From Camelus ferus (lineage: Eukaryota), in assembly GCF_009834535.1 (NCBI RefSeq), contig NC_045710.1, positions 4,154,001 to 4,218,000 on the forward strand: a stretch of DNA of 64,000 nt, in the 5' to 3' direction. Shown here one piece after another: positions 47,959-58,763 of the stretch; positions within the stretch are counted from its first letter, which is position 1; every line of letters begins with the position of its first letter. The position numbers were made by a program, and so were the translations under genes. The notes under the pieces are model-generated. The model had not been told where the DNA came from, ran no database searches, and was given only the letters and a program-made list of their open reading frames with translations.

Positions 47959-48310
47959 CGTCTTAGCTCAGGCTGCTGTGACAGAATAACAGTGCAGACC
48001 CGGGAGCTGGAACTGCAGACCTGGATTGCACAGTCCCGGACACCGGACAGCTGAGGTCTGCGCTGTGTGGCGGGTTCCCACGAGCCCCTCTTCTGGTCCA
48101 CAGACAGCCGCCTTCTCTCTGTGGCCTCACCTGCCGGGGCGAGGACGCTCTGGACTGTCTTCCTCTTCACGTGAGGACCTTGATCTCATCACGCGGGCCG
48201 CAACCCCAAGACCTCATCTGAATCCAGTCACCTCCTGAAGGTCCCACCTCCGAAGACCATCATGTTGCAGGTTGCAACACAGGAATTTGGGGGGAACACA
48301 GATGGTCCAG
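47959..48310 (-). mobile_element. MLT1 LTR
   Basis: gtcttagctcaggctgctgtgacagaa...cagacagccgccttctctctgtggcctcac...gacctcatctgaatccagtcacctcctgaaggtcccacctcc...ggaatttggggg. Confidence 0.78.
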
Positions 48311-50384
48311 AGAAGGGACCGTTCGTGGAACAGCAAGGATGACAGAGGCAGGAGACCGTGCTGCGGATGCCGGGCACGGGGCAGCTGCTGCGGTGAAGCT
48401 CACGTCACCTGCAGGGCACAAGGACACATGAGCCCTCTACTGTCTGGCAGAATGGAAGTTGCTGGCCTCACACGGCCGCCTTCTCCCCGGGGTACCCCAC
48501 GCTGTCTCTGCACACGCAGAGTCCCTGCTGGTGGTGCCTGGCCCGCCCCTCTCCGATCACCTGCCTTTTTCTGGAGCTTCTAGGCCCGATGCAAACGAAC
48601 TCCTTTTAGCTTCCTGTTCCGTTTTCTCGCCCGTCTCGGGAGTGGGCATCTTGCCAAAATGATGACATTATGAGTTGCCTTTAGAAGAGTTTATTTGTAC
48701 ATCAGTTTCTGAAGCTATAATCAAGTAGCAGGACTAACCATCTGTGAAAGTCATGGTGGTCAGTGACAGGCAGAGCCAGGCGAGTCACGGGTCATCACAA
48801 AGGGATGGATTTACACGAGTCTGTCTGGACAGCAGGCATGGTGTGCCCAGCTCTTCTCGTAGGAGTGTGAAGCCATTGAGACCTAATTAAAGGGGAGACC
48901 CAGAACAGACCCACGTTTACCCTGATAGGGGCTCACCTGTCTGAGGACTGCTGTAAAGTCAAAGCACCGCTTCTGAGGGAGTCTCCCTACCAAGGGGCTG
49001 TCGCAGAGCGAGTCACCTTAGCGCGGCGCGGCTGAGAAGGGCCCGCTTGGGCCGCGCAGGTGAAGGAGAAAGAATCCCTAATGGTTTGCAAAGTGCAAGC
49101 ACTTTACAGGGGACAGGCCTAAAGATTAAGAAGGAAACAAATGTCTCTATTAGATGGAGTCTTAAATAAGCTGACAGGTCTGGAAGTAAAGGCCACCTTT
49201 ACAAATACCAGATAGATTGCATCTTTTGCGGTTTTCCTTTTGAAAATCCTTTGTCCCTTCAGAAACTTTTAATTACTAATTACCTTCATCTTCCTTCCCC
49301 TAGGCAAGTTTAAGAGATCAGTTTGGCAAGATTAATTTTCTTTCCCTTAAAACCAAACAAGTTTTCATTCCCTGACTTTTTGTGGTGAGAAAGGGATGTT
49401 GAGAATGTCTCATACATTAAAGTCTTCAGGTCCTTCAGAGTCTCTATAAATCATATATATAATTACCTGCGTGTAGGCTGTACACATAGCCTCTTCACAT
49501 GGCAGGCGTGTAGTCTATATATATGTGCATATATATAAAATATGTAATTTCACATGTACTGTATTTTTTTTTATTTTGAAAGCTGATCATTAGATTACAT
49601 TACACTGTCTAATGTCTGGCCTGCAACTTCTTACTCCTTATCAACTTTTCCTAAAGGGGGAAGGAAGTGAAATGCCAGCCTTAGCAGCGTTACCAAGTCT
49701 CCTTGTAGATTCTTTCTGGGGAGAATCAGAAATGGACTGACCAGAAGTTTGGCTTCTGGCGGGAGCACTGCTTCTGCTGTGACCTCCCCTGTTCCCTTGA
49801 GTGACAGGGGTGGGAGGCCAGCCCCGCGGTCTGTACCCTTTGAGTGCAAAGCTGTTCTCTCTCTGGTCCCTGTCCATCCATCTGTCTATCCATCTGTCCG
49901 TCTGACTCTGTTCTAAAGCCTGGTTCCCGCGGGCCAGAGACCCCTTTGTGTTCCGGCTCCGCCCGGACTAAGGACAGAGGCACCGCAGGGCAGTTTCCTC
50001 CTGAAGGTCGGCGTCCTCGTGGCCAAGAGTGTCTGCTTTTCTCTGCGGGTGACGAGCTGCTGTAAAGTGACCCGGTGGCCGCAGAAAGCCGACCCTGCAG
50101 GGCAGGGCGTCTGCTCTGGGCGGTTGACCAGGGACAGCAGCCGTGACTTCAGACAAGTGCGTGAACGCACGTCGGAAGCAGCAGAGATTCTGAGCTGGAG
50201 GCGGGCCTCGCCCGTCCCTCTTCGTGCCTCTCGGTTAGTTTCCTCCTCAAGTGTGACCTCTGCCTCGCGTGCAGCTCAGGGAGTTACCATCATCTTAGGG
50301 TGTCCCCATCCCTCCTTGTTCTTTCTCCCGCCCTCCACACCTGGCCCCGTCCCCAGTCCTCACTGGTGAGGCCCAGGGCTCTCT

Positions 50385-50531
50385 TTTTTGGGGGGTGGGT
50401 TGTTTGTTTGTTTTCAGGGAGAAGGGAATCAGGCTTGCTTGTTTGTTTACGTTAGAGGAGGTGCTGGGGAGTGAACCCAGGGCATCCTGCATGCTGGGCA
50501 TGTGCTCTGCCACGGAGCCGTGTCCCCCGCC
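50385..50531 (-). mobile_element. tRNA-derived SINE (vic-1-like, diverged)
   Basis: gaggtgctggggagtgaacccagggcatcctgcatgctgggcatgtgctctgccacggagcc. Confidence 0.78.
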
Positions 50532-50738
50532 CAGGACTCTCTCCCGCTTCTCTGCTGCACCTGCTGCAAGGGCCCCACGCACGTTCTTTTATGTTTTGGG
50601 GAAAGTAATTCCCGTTTATGAAGTCATGGTGATGCTCCAGCCTCTGTGCTTTGCCCCGCGCACCTCTGTTATTTAATATGCGCCCTCTTCCCGTGAGAGT
50701 TGGAGTGCTCATGTCCTTTTTTAAAGAGTAAGTCCAGC

Positions 50739-50884
50739 GGGGAGGGGATGGCTCAGTGGTAGAGCATGTGCTTAGCCTGCACGAGGTCCTGGGTTCAGTC
50801 CCCAGGACCTCCATTAAAATAAATAAATAAATACCTAATTACCTCCTCCTCCCAAAAATAAAATTAAAAAAAAAAAAAAAAAAA
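50739..50884 (+). mobile_element. tRNA-derived SINE (vic-1-like), full length with poly(A)
   Basis: ggggaggggatggctcagtggtagagc (box A) ... gggttcagtcccc (box B) ... taattacctcc, then a long A tail. TSD aagtccag (50730-50737 / 50883-50890). Confidence 0.92.
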
Positions 50885-53353
50885 GTCCAGGAAGGTTAAC
50901 AATCTTTCCCCAAAGCACCGAAGGGTGAGGAACGGACCCAGCTTCCACTCTCTGGTCTTTCAGACTCTAAAACCCAGCAGCTTGGGCTGGACCAGGCCAA
51001 GAGTCAGACAGGAAGCCCCGACGGATCCCTAGTGGAGCTGCTCTGAGGAATCCGTTCTTATCTCCGTGCATCTGGCCCAGCATGCCCTCCAGAGCCAGCT
51101 CCATTGCTCCTGCTCCCCTCCCGGGAGCTTGATGAGGCTTCTGGGAACTATGTGCAGGAAACGCTCGCTGTCTCAGCCGCGCACCTGCGTTCCCGGCAGG
51201 CCCTGCCGTCCGTAGTTCTTTCCACCCAAGGGCTTCACCATGAACTTCAGGTCACGATGAAATCATTTCTATATTGTCAAAGTGTCTCAGGGTGCTTTTG
51301 TCAGGAAGAGAGCCTTTGTTCTGTTCAGGAAGTGTGCCGAGAGTGTCGGCAGCTCCGCTCTGCCTGGAGGCCGGGCTGCCGGGATGAGGCCCGCAAAGCC
51401 CGTGACCTTGAGGAGCTGGTGACCTCCCGGCTGAGAAGCTTTATTGCTACTAGGTGATAGGTCCTTGTGAGCAGTGCCTCAGGACGATGGATGTGGAGTC
51501 CCTGACAGCCTCTCCGGAGTGGGTCCCGGGGTCCCGGAAGGCTGGGGCTCGGGCCCAGCTGGTGCAGAGGTAGGTGACCAGGCAGAGAGCAGAGTGTGCG
51601 GGGTGGGCTGCTTCCAGGGCACAGGACATGGCGAGAAAGGGCATGGCCGTCCGTGGCCCCGGCCTGGCTGAGGTGGGGGCCCTGACACGGGCCTCTGTGC
51701 TCACGCCTGCCCAGCGCAGGTCCAGCAGCGAGTTGATCAGGACCACGTGGGGCGTCTGGAACCTGCGCCCCTTCCTGGACCCCGAGTCAGGATCTGCGTT
51801 TCACACAGCCATGCAGCCGGCGGTGCCCAGCTTTGCTGGTGGAGGTCGCTGAAGGCTTTTCAACTGGGCAGCCCGACATGATTCAGCCTGTGTTTCGGGA
51901 AACAAATCCAAAGACTCTCCGAGAGCCTCCAGAGGCAGACTGTGCGAGAGGCAGCCGGGAAGAGTGGGACTGCGAACAAAAAGTTCATCTCAGCCGATGT
52001 GGGTGAAAGAAAATACAACCAGGATCTCAAGGAGGAGAGAGGTCTCAGTGGACGGAAGTCAGCAGGACAGCTTCAGAGAAGATGAGGTCCAGCCAGGAGA
52101 GACCTGCGTCCATCCAGGCCCGTGCTCCCTGGGCCAGATGAGGGTCTGGGACCGGGGGAGAGGCAGGCTGGGCCTTCCCACCTCCCTTGAAGACTTTGTG
52201 CTTTTTGTCCCCCCAAAAGCTGGCGTTTCACGATGCCCCCGTGTGCATTCAGGCTCCAGGAGGCCGACCCCGGAAACCATTTGAGAGGAAGGCGGGCCGG
52301 CCGCATCCGCCCAGCGGCGCTGCCCTACAGGCCGGGCGACGCCACGTGCCGGCTCTGCCTGGCTCTGGGAGGGCCGACTCCCCGCCCTCGGACCCCCGGG
52401 CCCTGTGCGTGTTACCCTTTTCTCTGGAAGACTCTGCCTGCACCTGCGGTTAAATGAGTAAAGAGCCTCGGCCTCTCCTTTGTGCTGTTTATGGACAATT
52501 GGAGAGAAAAGGGCACCTCCGGTTCACGGAGGAGCAGAGGGTTTTGTACAGAAAAGCCATTCCCGCCCCTCAGTCCGGGTTTGGGTGCCAGGCCCTGAGC
52601 CAGGGCCCTGGTGACAGAGGCTGACGTCGGCTGGGGGCCCCGAGAGCCTGAAAGCCCCGTGAGGCCATCGTGGGAAGGTGGGTGGAGACCCTGGGGTGGG
52701 GTGCGGGGGACACGGGCTGGGGGCAGGTCGTTGCTGTGAGAGTCGGGACAGCTGGAGGGGTGGAGGTGGGGGCTGGTCTCCGGCCAGCGCCTGAGCACTG
52801 AGCATTTTCATGGTCTGAGCTGAGAGGAAGCGCTTCCCGGGCGAGAAGTCTGGCACTAGCGGAGGAGGGTGGACCAGACGTGAAGGAAGTCATCTCATTC
52901 CCCAGCAGCCCCGCCAGGGCGGCAGGGAGGTGCGGGCCGGGGCCTCCGGGGAGGGAAGCGTAGCACGGCCAGGGCGGCTGTGGAGAAACAGGAGCCTCTG
53001 ACCTACTTGTTAGAGGCCCTGAGTGGGCAGATTCGCTCTTTGCTGCAAAATCTGGAGCCGCCCTGAGCCCAGGGGAGCTGAGCTTGGGCAGAGCCTGAGG
53101 CCGGGAGCGGGCTCCCTCTAGTGGCCTGGAGCCGTCCGCCTGGGGTGCTCCATGGAGGATGGAGGCCCTGGGGGTCCGCGGGGGCCTAGGGGACAGCAGC
53201 CCCCTGGCGAGTGGACACTCCCCCTGTGTTGTCCTCCTGTGTTTCTCACATCCCTATTTGAAGCATTAGAAAAAAAAACCTGGGACCAGGCAGGTCTGTT
53301 CACTAAACGGAGAGGAATCTCCCGTCCACCTCTGTTCTCGTCTTCTTTCCCAG

Positions 53354-53443
53354 GATGACTTCCTCCTGATCCATTACGACAAAGGCCCCTGCAGGAACAA
53401 GCTGGGCCACTCCAGGGCGTCTGTCATCTGGCATCGGACGCAG
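53354..53443 (+). CDS. RNF144A: RNF144A coding exon 6 (aa 220-249)
   Basis: Acceptor tcttctttcccag|GAT. Translates DDFLLIHYDKGPCRNKLGHSRASVIWHRTQ. 90 nt, donor CAG|gtagga. Confidence 0.98.
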
Positions 53444-53864
53444 GTAGGACTTGCTCACCTGGGACTTTGGTCTTGGGGAGAGAGGAGCCAGCACATCTGT
53501 GCGTGGTTTCTGGAATGCTTGCCGGTTGATCAAGGATCTGTTACACAGAAAACAGAGCTAGTGAGTGGAGTTCCTACCGGGTTTTCTCCGGACTGAGGTG
53601 GTGCTCACGGTGGGCCTGGCCCAACCTTGGAGTGAGTGTGGACCGCGTTTCGCATGCGATGGGTCCTAGGCATCAGACTTCCGGCTGCTTGCACCCACCT
53701 GTGATCTTGGCAGTGAGCCGCTTGTAGTCGCCCCTCATGCAGCCTTTGAGGAAGGGCTTTCCATGGGGCACGGGGTGAGCGAGTTAGTCCCAGGGAAGCA
53801 TGACAGGCAGAGAAGGGAAACCCCTGGGCAGCAATGTCCGTGTAGCCGGTGGGGTTATTCCCAC

Positions 53865-53975
53865 TTTCAAAATGCTTTATCCTCCCACTGTGTGCCTGGC
53901 GCTGTTGTAGGAGCTAGAAATATTCCAGTGAATAAGACAGGTGCGTCCTTCTCTCATGGAACCCACCTGCCACCC
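53865..53975 (-). mobile_element. L2 3'-end fragment
   Basis: cccactgtgtgcctggcgctgttgtaggagctagaaatattccagtgaataagacag. Confidence 0.5.
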
Positions 53976-54929
53976 CGGGACCGATGATAAAGCAGCAGCC
54001 TGAGCATGGCGAGACTTCAGCTCCAGAGGAGATGTGATTGAGGAGGGACCTTCCAGATTGTGTGACCTGGAGGTGGTGTCTGTGGCCAAGCACTGAGTGA
54101 TGGAGGGCCGGCCGTGGGCGTCGGTGGGATAGGGCAGAGGGGACCGTCCAGCAGAGGCGGGGAATCCAGGCAGGGGGATGGGGATGGGCTGACCGGCAGA
54201 ACTGTGGTGTGAATGTCCGTGTGGACAGAGCAGGGGAGGCGGAAGTGGTCAGAGGTGATCAGCGTGGACCCCGTAGGCACGACGTCCGGGGTGTGCTCTG
54301 GGTGCGTTGGGATGCCACGGAGGGGGCAGCTGGTTGGCCTCGGGTGTGTGCGAGCTCCTGGGTGCTGTGGGGAGCCTTGACCACGTTCTCAGCACGTCTC
54401 ACCAGGCCCTGAGGGGGACAGTCGCCCTGTCTGGGAGGCACAGGAACTGAGTCCCAGGTAGTCTGTAGGAACAGAAAGAGCTCACCTGCGACTGTGCTTC
54501 CTGGAGGAGCCTCACTGCCGACCGACCGCGTGACCAGGCGGCTGAGGTCCTCGCCCACGGGTGGGGCGCCGCAGGCCGTGCGCTCCCCGCTGCCTGGCAG
54601 GGAAGCCGCCGCCGCGGACACTGTGTCTACCAAGGCCCGTGGCTGCACTCCAGGAACACCCATCAAAGTCAGGTGGTAGCATACAGCTCTAAGCGCACTG
54701 AAAACCATCAGACTGTGCACCGTAAACGGGCGAGTTGTCAGGCACATGGGTTATAGGCCCATAAAGTTGTCAGAAGAAAACCAAACAAAACTCATTGTGG
54801 ACCTGACTTGGCCCAGGGGCCAGTTTGCAAACCTTGGGGTGGAGAGTCGATTTGAGCTGCGTTTTATTTCGTCCTCCTGGCCAGCACGGCCCACTCCAGG
54901 GCTCAGCCCCCCATCTCTGCCCTGTACCC

Positions 54930-55250
54930 CAGACAACAGGAGCAGACTCCCTCACAGTTGTGGCGGCCAGGAGTCTGAAGTCAAGGTGTGGGCAGGACTG
55001 CGCTCCCCTGGAAACCTGCCTCTTCCAGCTCCTGGCGGGTCCCAGCTGTCCTTGCCCTCAGCTCACAGACGCATCTCTCCAGCCCTCACCTTCCTCTGTG
55101 CACCTGCTCTGTGTCCAGACTTCCCTTTCGATAAAGACACTAGTCAGAATGGATCAGGGCCCATCCTAGTAATGTCATTTTAACTTAATGATCGCTACAA
55201 AGGCCCCATGTCCAGACAAGGAGCTGTCTGGGTCTCCAACATGTGTCTCT
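54930..55250 (-). mobile_element. MLT1 LTR fragment
   Basis: ctcacagttgtggcggccaggagtctgaagtcaaggtgtgggcaggactgcgctcc...ataaagacactagtcagaatggatcagggcccatcct...tcattttaacttaat. Confidence 0.72.
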
Positions 55251-57339
55251 CTGTGTGGCCTGAGCCTCCTACCAGCATGGTGGCTGGGGCCACAGGCAAG
55301 CTCCCCAGGAGGGCGTGAGAGCCAGGCGAGAACTGTCACCCTGGCTGATAATGTGGGCCAGGTGTCACACCTCGTCCCCGTGCCTGTTTGTTTCCTGGGG
55401 GTGAGTCACGTGTTCCTAGGGGTCCTGGGTAGCACTGAGCTTCCGGTAACAGTCCTTTAGAGAACTGGCCCTTGGGAAATGCAGAAACCGGGACGGGGGT
55501 CCGGGGCCTCCACTGTTGTTGAGGAGGGCGCCGGGAGCACCTCCCACCACTCCTTGCGGCATCCTCGGTGGGTCCGCACCTGCAGGACACCTGCTCCGTG
55601 CCCGCTCTGAGCCACGCCTGGGGGCCACGTGGACGAAGGAAGCAGCCCTGATCTCAGGCCCCTCTCAGTGCTAGTGGAATGGAACAGAGGTGCACAGGTG
55701 TGGGGTCGCTTTCCTGCGATGCGAGGAGCCCCCGAGACACGCAGGGTTGTAGACAAAGTGGCCGGGGATGTCCATGCATTAGTGTTGGATTTGGGATGAA
55801 CGGTGAAAGCGGAGTGAGCAGCGTCAGAAGGACAGTGAAGGAGTCACACTCACTAGCAGCGTGTGTGGCGGAGAAGCTGACAAGCAGAGGCCAGAGGCCA
55901 GGGACTCCCTGGGGGACCAGCCGCACCCAGAGCAGACCTCGTGTGCAAACAATTAAAACTCCGACTTGCCCTTAAACCTTTGGTTTTGACAGTTAGAACC
56001 GCCCCCGACACAAGATGCAGAATGCCCGTTACCGGAAGGAACTTGCATCCTCGTCGTCTGTTTCTAGCCGTAAAGCGTCAACGTGGAAGCTTAGAAAGTC
56101 TGCATTTCCCACGTGTCTCCTGGTTTTCCGTCAGCTCGGTGCCCTCTGTTCCCTCAGCCCCGGGACGGGCTTCTTGCTGGGGTGTTCATCATCGGCCTGT
56201 GAGCGGAGCTTCACTTTGTGGTTATGGCAGCCTCTGAGCTTCCATCCATTCACCCAGGAAAGCTGTGTTGCGTGTGCACAGAGTGCCCAGGAGTCGCGGT
56301 GGGCTCTGACGTCCAGGTGCCCCGGGGCGGCGGGCAGGACCCTGGCTCGGTGGCCTGACTGTGGATCTCTGCAGCCCCCTACCCGTCTCTCCTCCTCACT
56401 CGCTGGCCTCCAGCACGGAAGCTCCCAGCTGTGCTGCGTTGCTCTCCCCGGCCCCTGGGCTGTGGCCCTGCCGTTGTCCTGGTCCTCATCTCCCGCTCCT
56501 TCCTCCACTGATCGGGTCCATGCCCAGCCTGGCACGTCCAAATTCTGCACCACTGACAGCCAAGCTCAGGGGTCACATCCTCCACAAAGTCTCTCCCGAT
56601 CAGAGGGGGGCGCTCCCTCCCGCGCCCCCCGACTTTGAACACATCTTCTGACTCTCATCACGTTACTGTGATTCCCGCTTTCCCTTCTTGAACACTTGTG
56701 TCTCATCTCGGATGACAGATAATCTGTCCTTGGCAGCTGGGACTTACTTCGCCCTGGGCCCGCGCCTGAGGCAGAAGGATGCTTTTGAGCTTGCACTTGG
56801 ATGCAAGAGTGTCGGTCAGTTGTTTTTTCCCATGACTGGCTTGCAGCTCCCTCTGCAAAGTGGATGGTCCTGGAGGAACAGCATCCTTGCTCCTTCAGCT
56901 GCTTCCTACACACGGGAGCTTTCTCCGGGTGGGTCAGGAGGAAGGGGCTGAGCCCTGTTTTCTTGTCCTGGCTCCTGTGGCAGCTGCTGCCTCCTGGCTT
57001 CCTCCTCCCAGCAAATATTAATTGTCACTAAACTATGATCAAGCCTGTTTCACTGCCAGTTTCAGGGGAGCTCATAGGCTTGCGAGGCAGAGTGAGATAG
57101 TAGAAGCACAGATAGTTCCCCTGTCGACGTTACGTTCAGAAAGATGGACTTAGCCAGCCCGGCAGAAAACATGGATTCTTAGCGTCAGCACCATCTAATT
57201 TATCAACAAGGTGGTTGTGCGTGTGTGATGGTTTTCAGGAAAATCTGTCAGGGTGTACTTTAATGCACACGGATGTGATGCTGTCACACTGCGTCGTATT
57301 CCGGAACTGATAACAGCCCTCCGAGGTCTTTTACTTCAT

Positions 57340-57430
57340 TTGTTTATTTTATAAATGAAAAAACTGAAGCCCAGTGAGAGGGGAACACACGCCGAGTCAG
57401 AATTAGAACCAGGAGCCCCGCAGGTTCGTG
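57340..57430 (-). mobile_element. MIR fragment
   Basis: ttttataaatgaaaaaactgaagcccagtgagaggg...gaattagaaccagg. Confidence 0.5.
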
Positions 57431-58030
57431 TGTTTATGGCTCTGAACACCAGGTGGCGGGCTAACTCCACCTTCAGATTCCGGGTCTGGGCTCCGGTGGA
57501 GGGTGGAGGGGACCAGCTACAGAGCGACCCGCTGCTGCTTTGACCGTGCACGCTGCCTGACTTGGATGATAGCATGTCCTCATCTGAGGCTCATCTCTTT
57601 TGGCATTTAGTCGTATCTAGGGGTAAGCCTATGTCTTTAAACAAAATCAAAATGTGTGACAGTAATTGTAGGGTTTTAAGCTCCAGGAATAATGCAGGTC
57701 TGGTCACTCCCTGATGCACCGTGTTTGTGCCTTTCTGTTCTCCCACCTGAAATGGTTTATCCCAGTCCTTCTTGTTTGCCACCCACCTCCTCATCCTTAT
57801 AATCTCAGCCATCTCTCATCGCAAACCCACCTGCAAATGTAGGTGTCTGGCTCTGGGGCTCTCTTTATACCCTGGAACCTGATGGCAATTTTTGTAAAAT
57901 GCATTATTATCATTTTGATCTTGGTCTCTTTCCACCAGACTGGGTGATTGTTGAGGGCCGAGATCTCATGTGCCTCTGTGTTTGCAACACCTAGTATGGC
58001 GTTTGGCTCAGAGGCAGCTTGTTGGTTAAC

Positions 58031-58565
58031 TGGATGTATAATTGGATGGATATTTGGGTACATAGATGGAAGGAGGGAAGGGAGAAGGGAAAGGAAGAAA
58101 ACAAAGGGAAAAAAGGGAAGGGGGTAAAAATGGAAGGCAGTGAAAGGAAGGAAATATGAGTAGATGGATGGGTGGGTGGATGATGGTTGGATGATGGATG
58201 GAAGGATGGCAAGTGGATGATGCATGGATGATGGATGGATGGATGGATATGTGGAAGATGGATGGATGGATGATGGATGGATGATGAGTGGATGGATAAA
58301 CAGACAGATGGTGATATGGGTGGTAGATTAAGGAATGGATGGGTGGATGGGTGGACAGATGGAGAGATGAATGGATGATATGGGTGGTAGATGATGGATG
58401 GATGGATGGATGGATGGATGGAAGGGTGGGTGGCTGGAGAGATGATAGATATATGGAAACATGCATGGATGTTACATGTATAATGGATGGAGGGACGGAC
58501 GGATGGGTCTAGGTAGATGTCAGTGGGTGGATGATGGACAGATAGATGGGTGAGTGGGTGGGTGT
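58031..58565. repeat. Complex (GGAT)n/(GATG)n simple repeat with a GA-rich segment
   Basis: Degenerate ggatggat/gatg arrays over about 530 nt, ending about 65 nt before the last acceptor. Confidence 0.92.
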
Positions 58566-58631
58566 GTGGCTGTACTTCAGCTGTGGAGCCCACAGGCAGC
58601 CACCTCACGCTCCTCTGCTTCCTTCCTGCAG

Positions 58632-58763
58632 GTCGTGGGCATTTTTGCTGGATTTGGGCTCCTGCTCTTGGTGGCCTCGCCCTTCCTGCTCCTGGCCACC
58701 CCGTTTGTCCTTTGCTGCAAGTGCAAGTGCAGCAAAGGCGACGACGACCCGCTGCCCACCTAG
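58632..58763 (+). CDS. RNF144A: RNF144A last coding exon (aa 250-292, TM helix and Cys-rich tail, stop)
   Basis: Acceptor ctgcttccttcctgcag|GTC. Translates VVGIFAGFGLLLLVASPFLLLATPFVLCCKCKCSKGDDDPLPT* with GxxxG at G252-G256. The spliced CDS is 879 nt and in frame. Confidence 0.98.
   Translation, partial: VVGIFAGFGLLLLVASPFLLLATPFVLCCKCKCSKGDDDPLPT

Noticed and set aside
48780-50290. Possible ERV leader/LTR in intron 5
   Set aside because: I could not identify TG...CA termini, a TSD, a PBS or coding remnants. It needs a Dfam search.
50739-50812. tRNA gene (box A/box B present)
   Set aside because: It continues into a SINE-specific tail, poly(A) and TSD, has five diverged siblings in the window, and has no clean cloverleaf.
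57797-58608. His/Pro/Ser/Ile-rich minus-strand ORFs (142-205 aa)
   Set aside because: They are translations of the (ATCC)n simple repeat.
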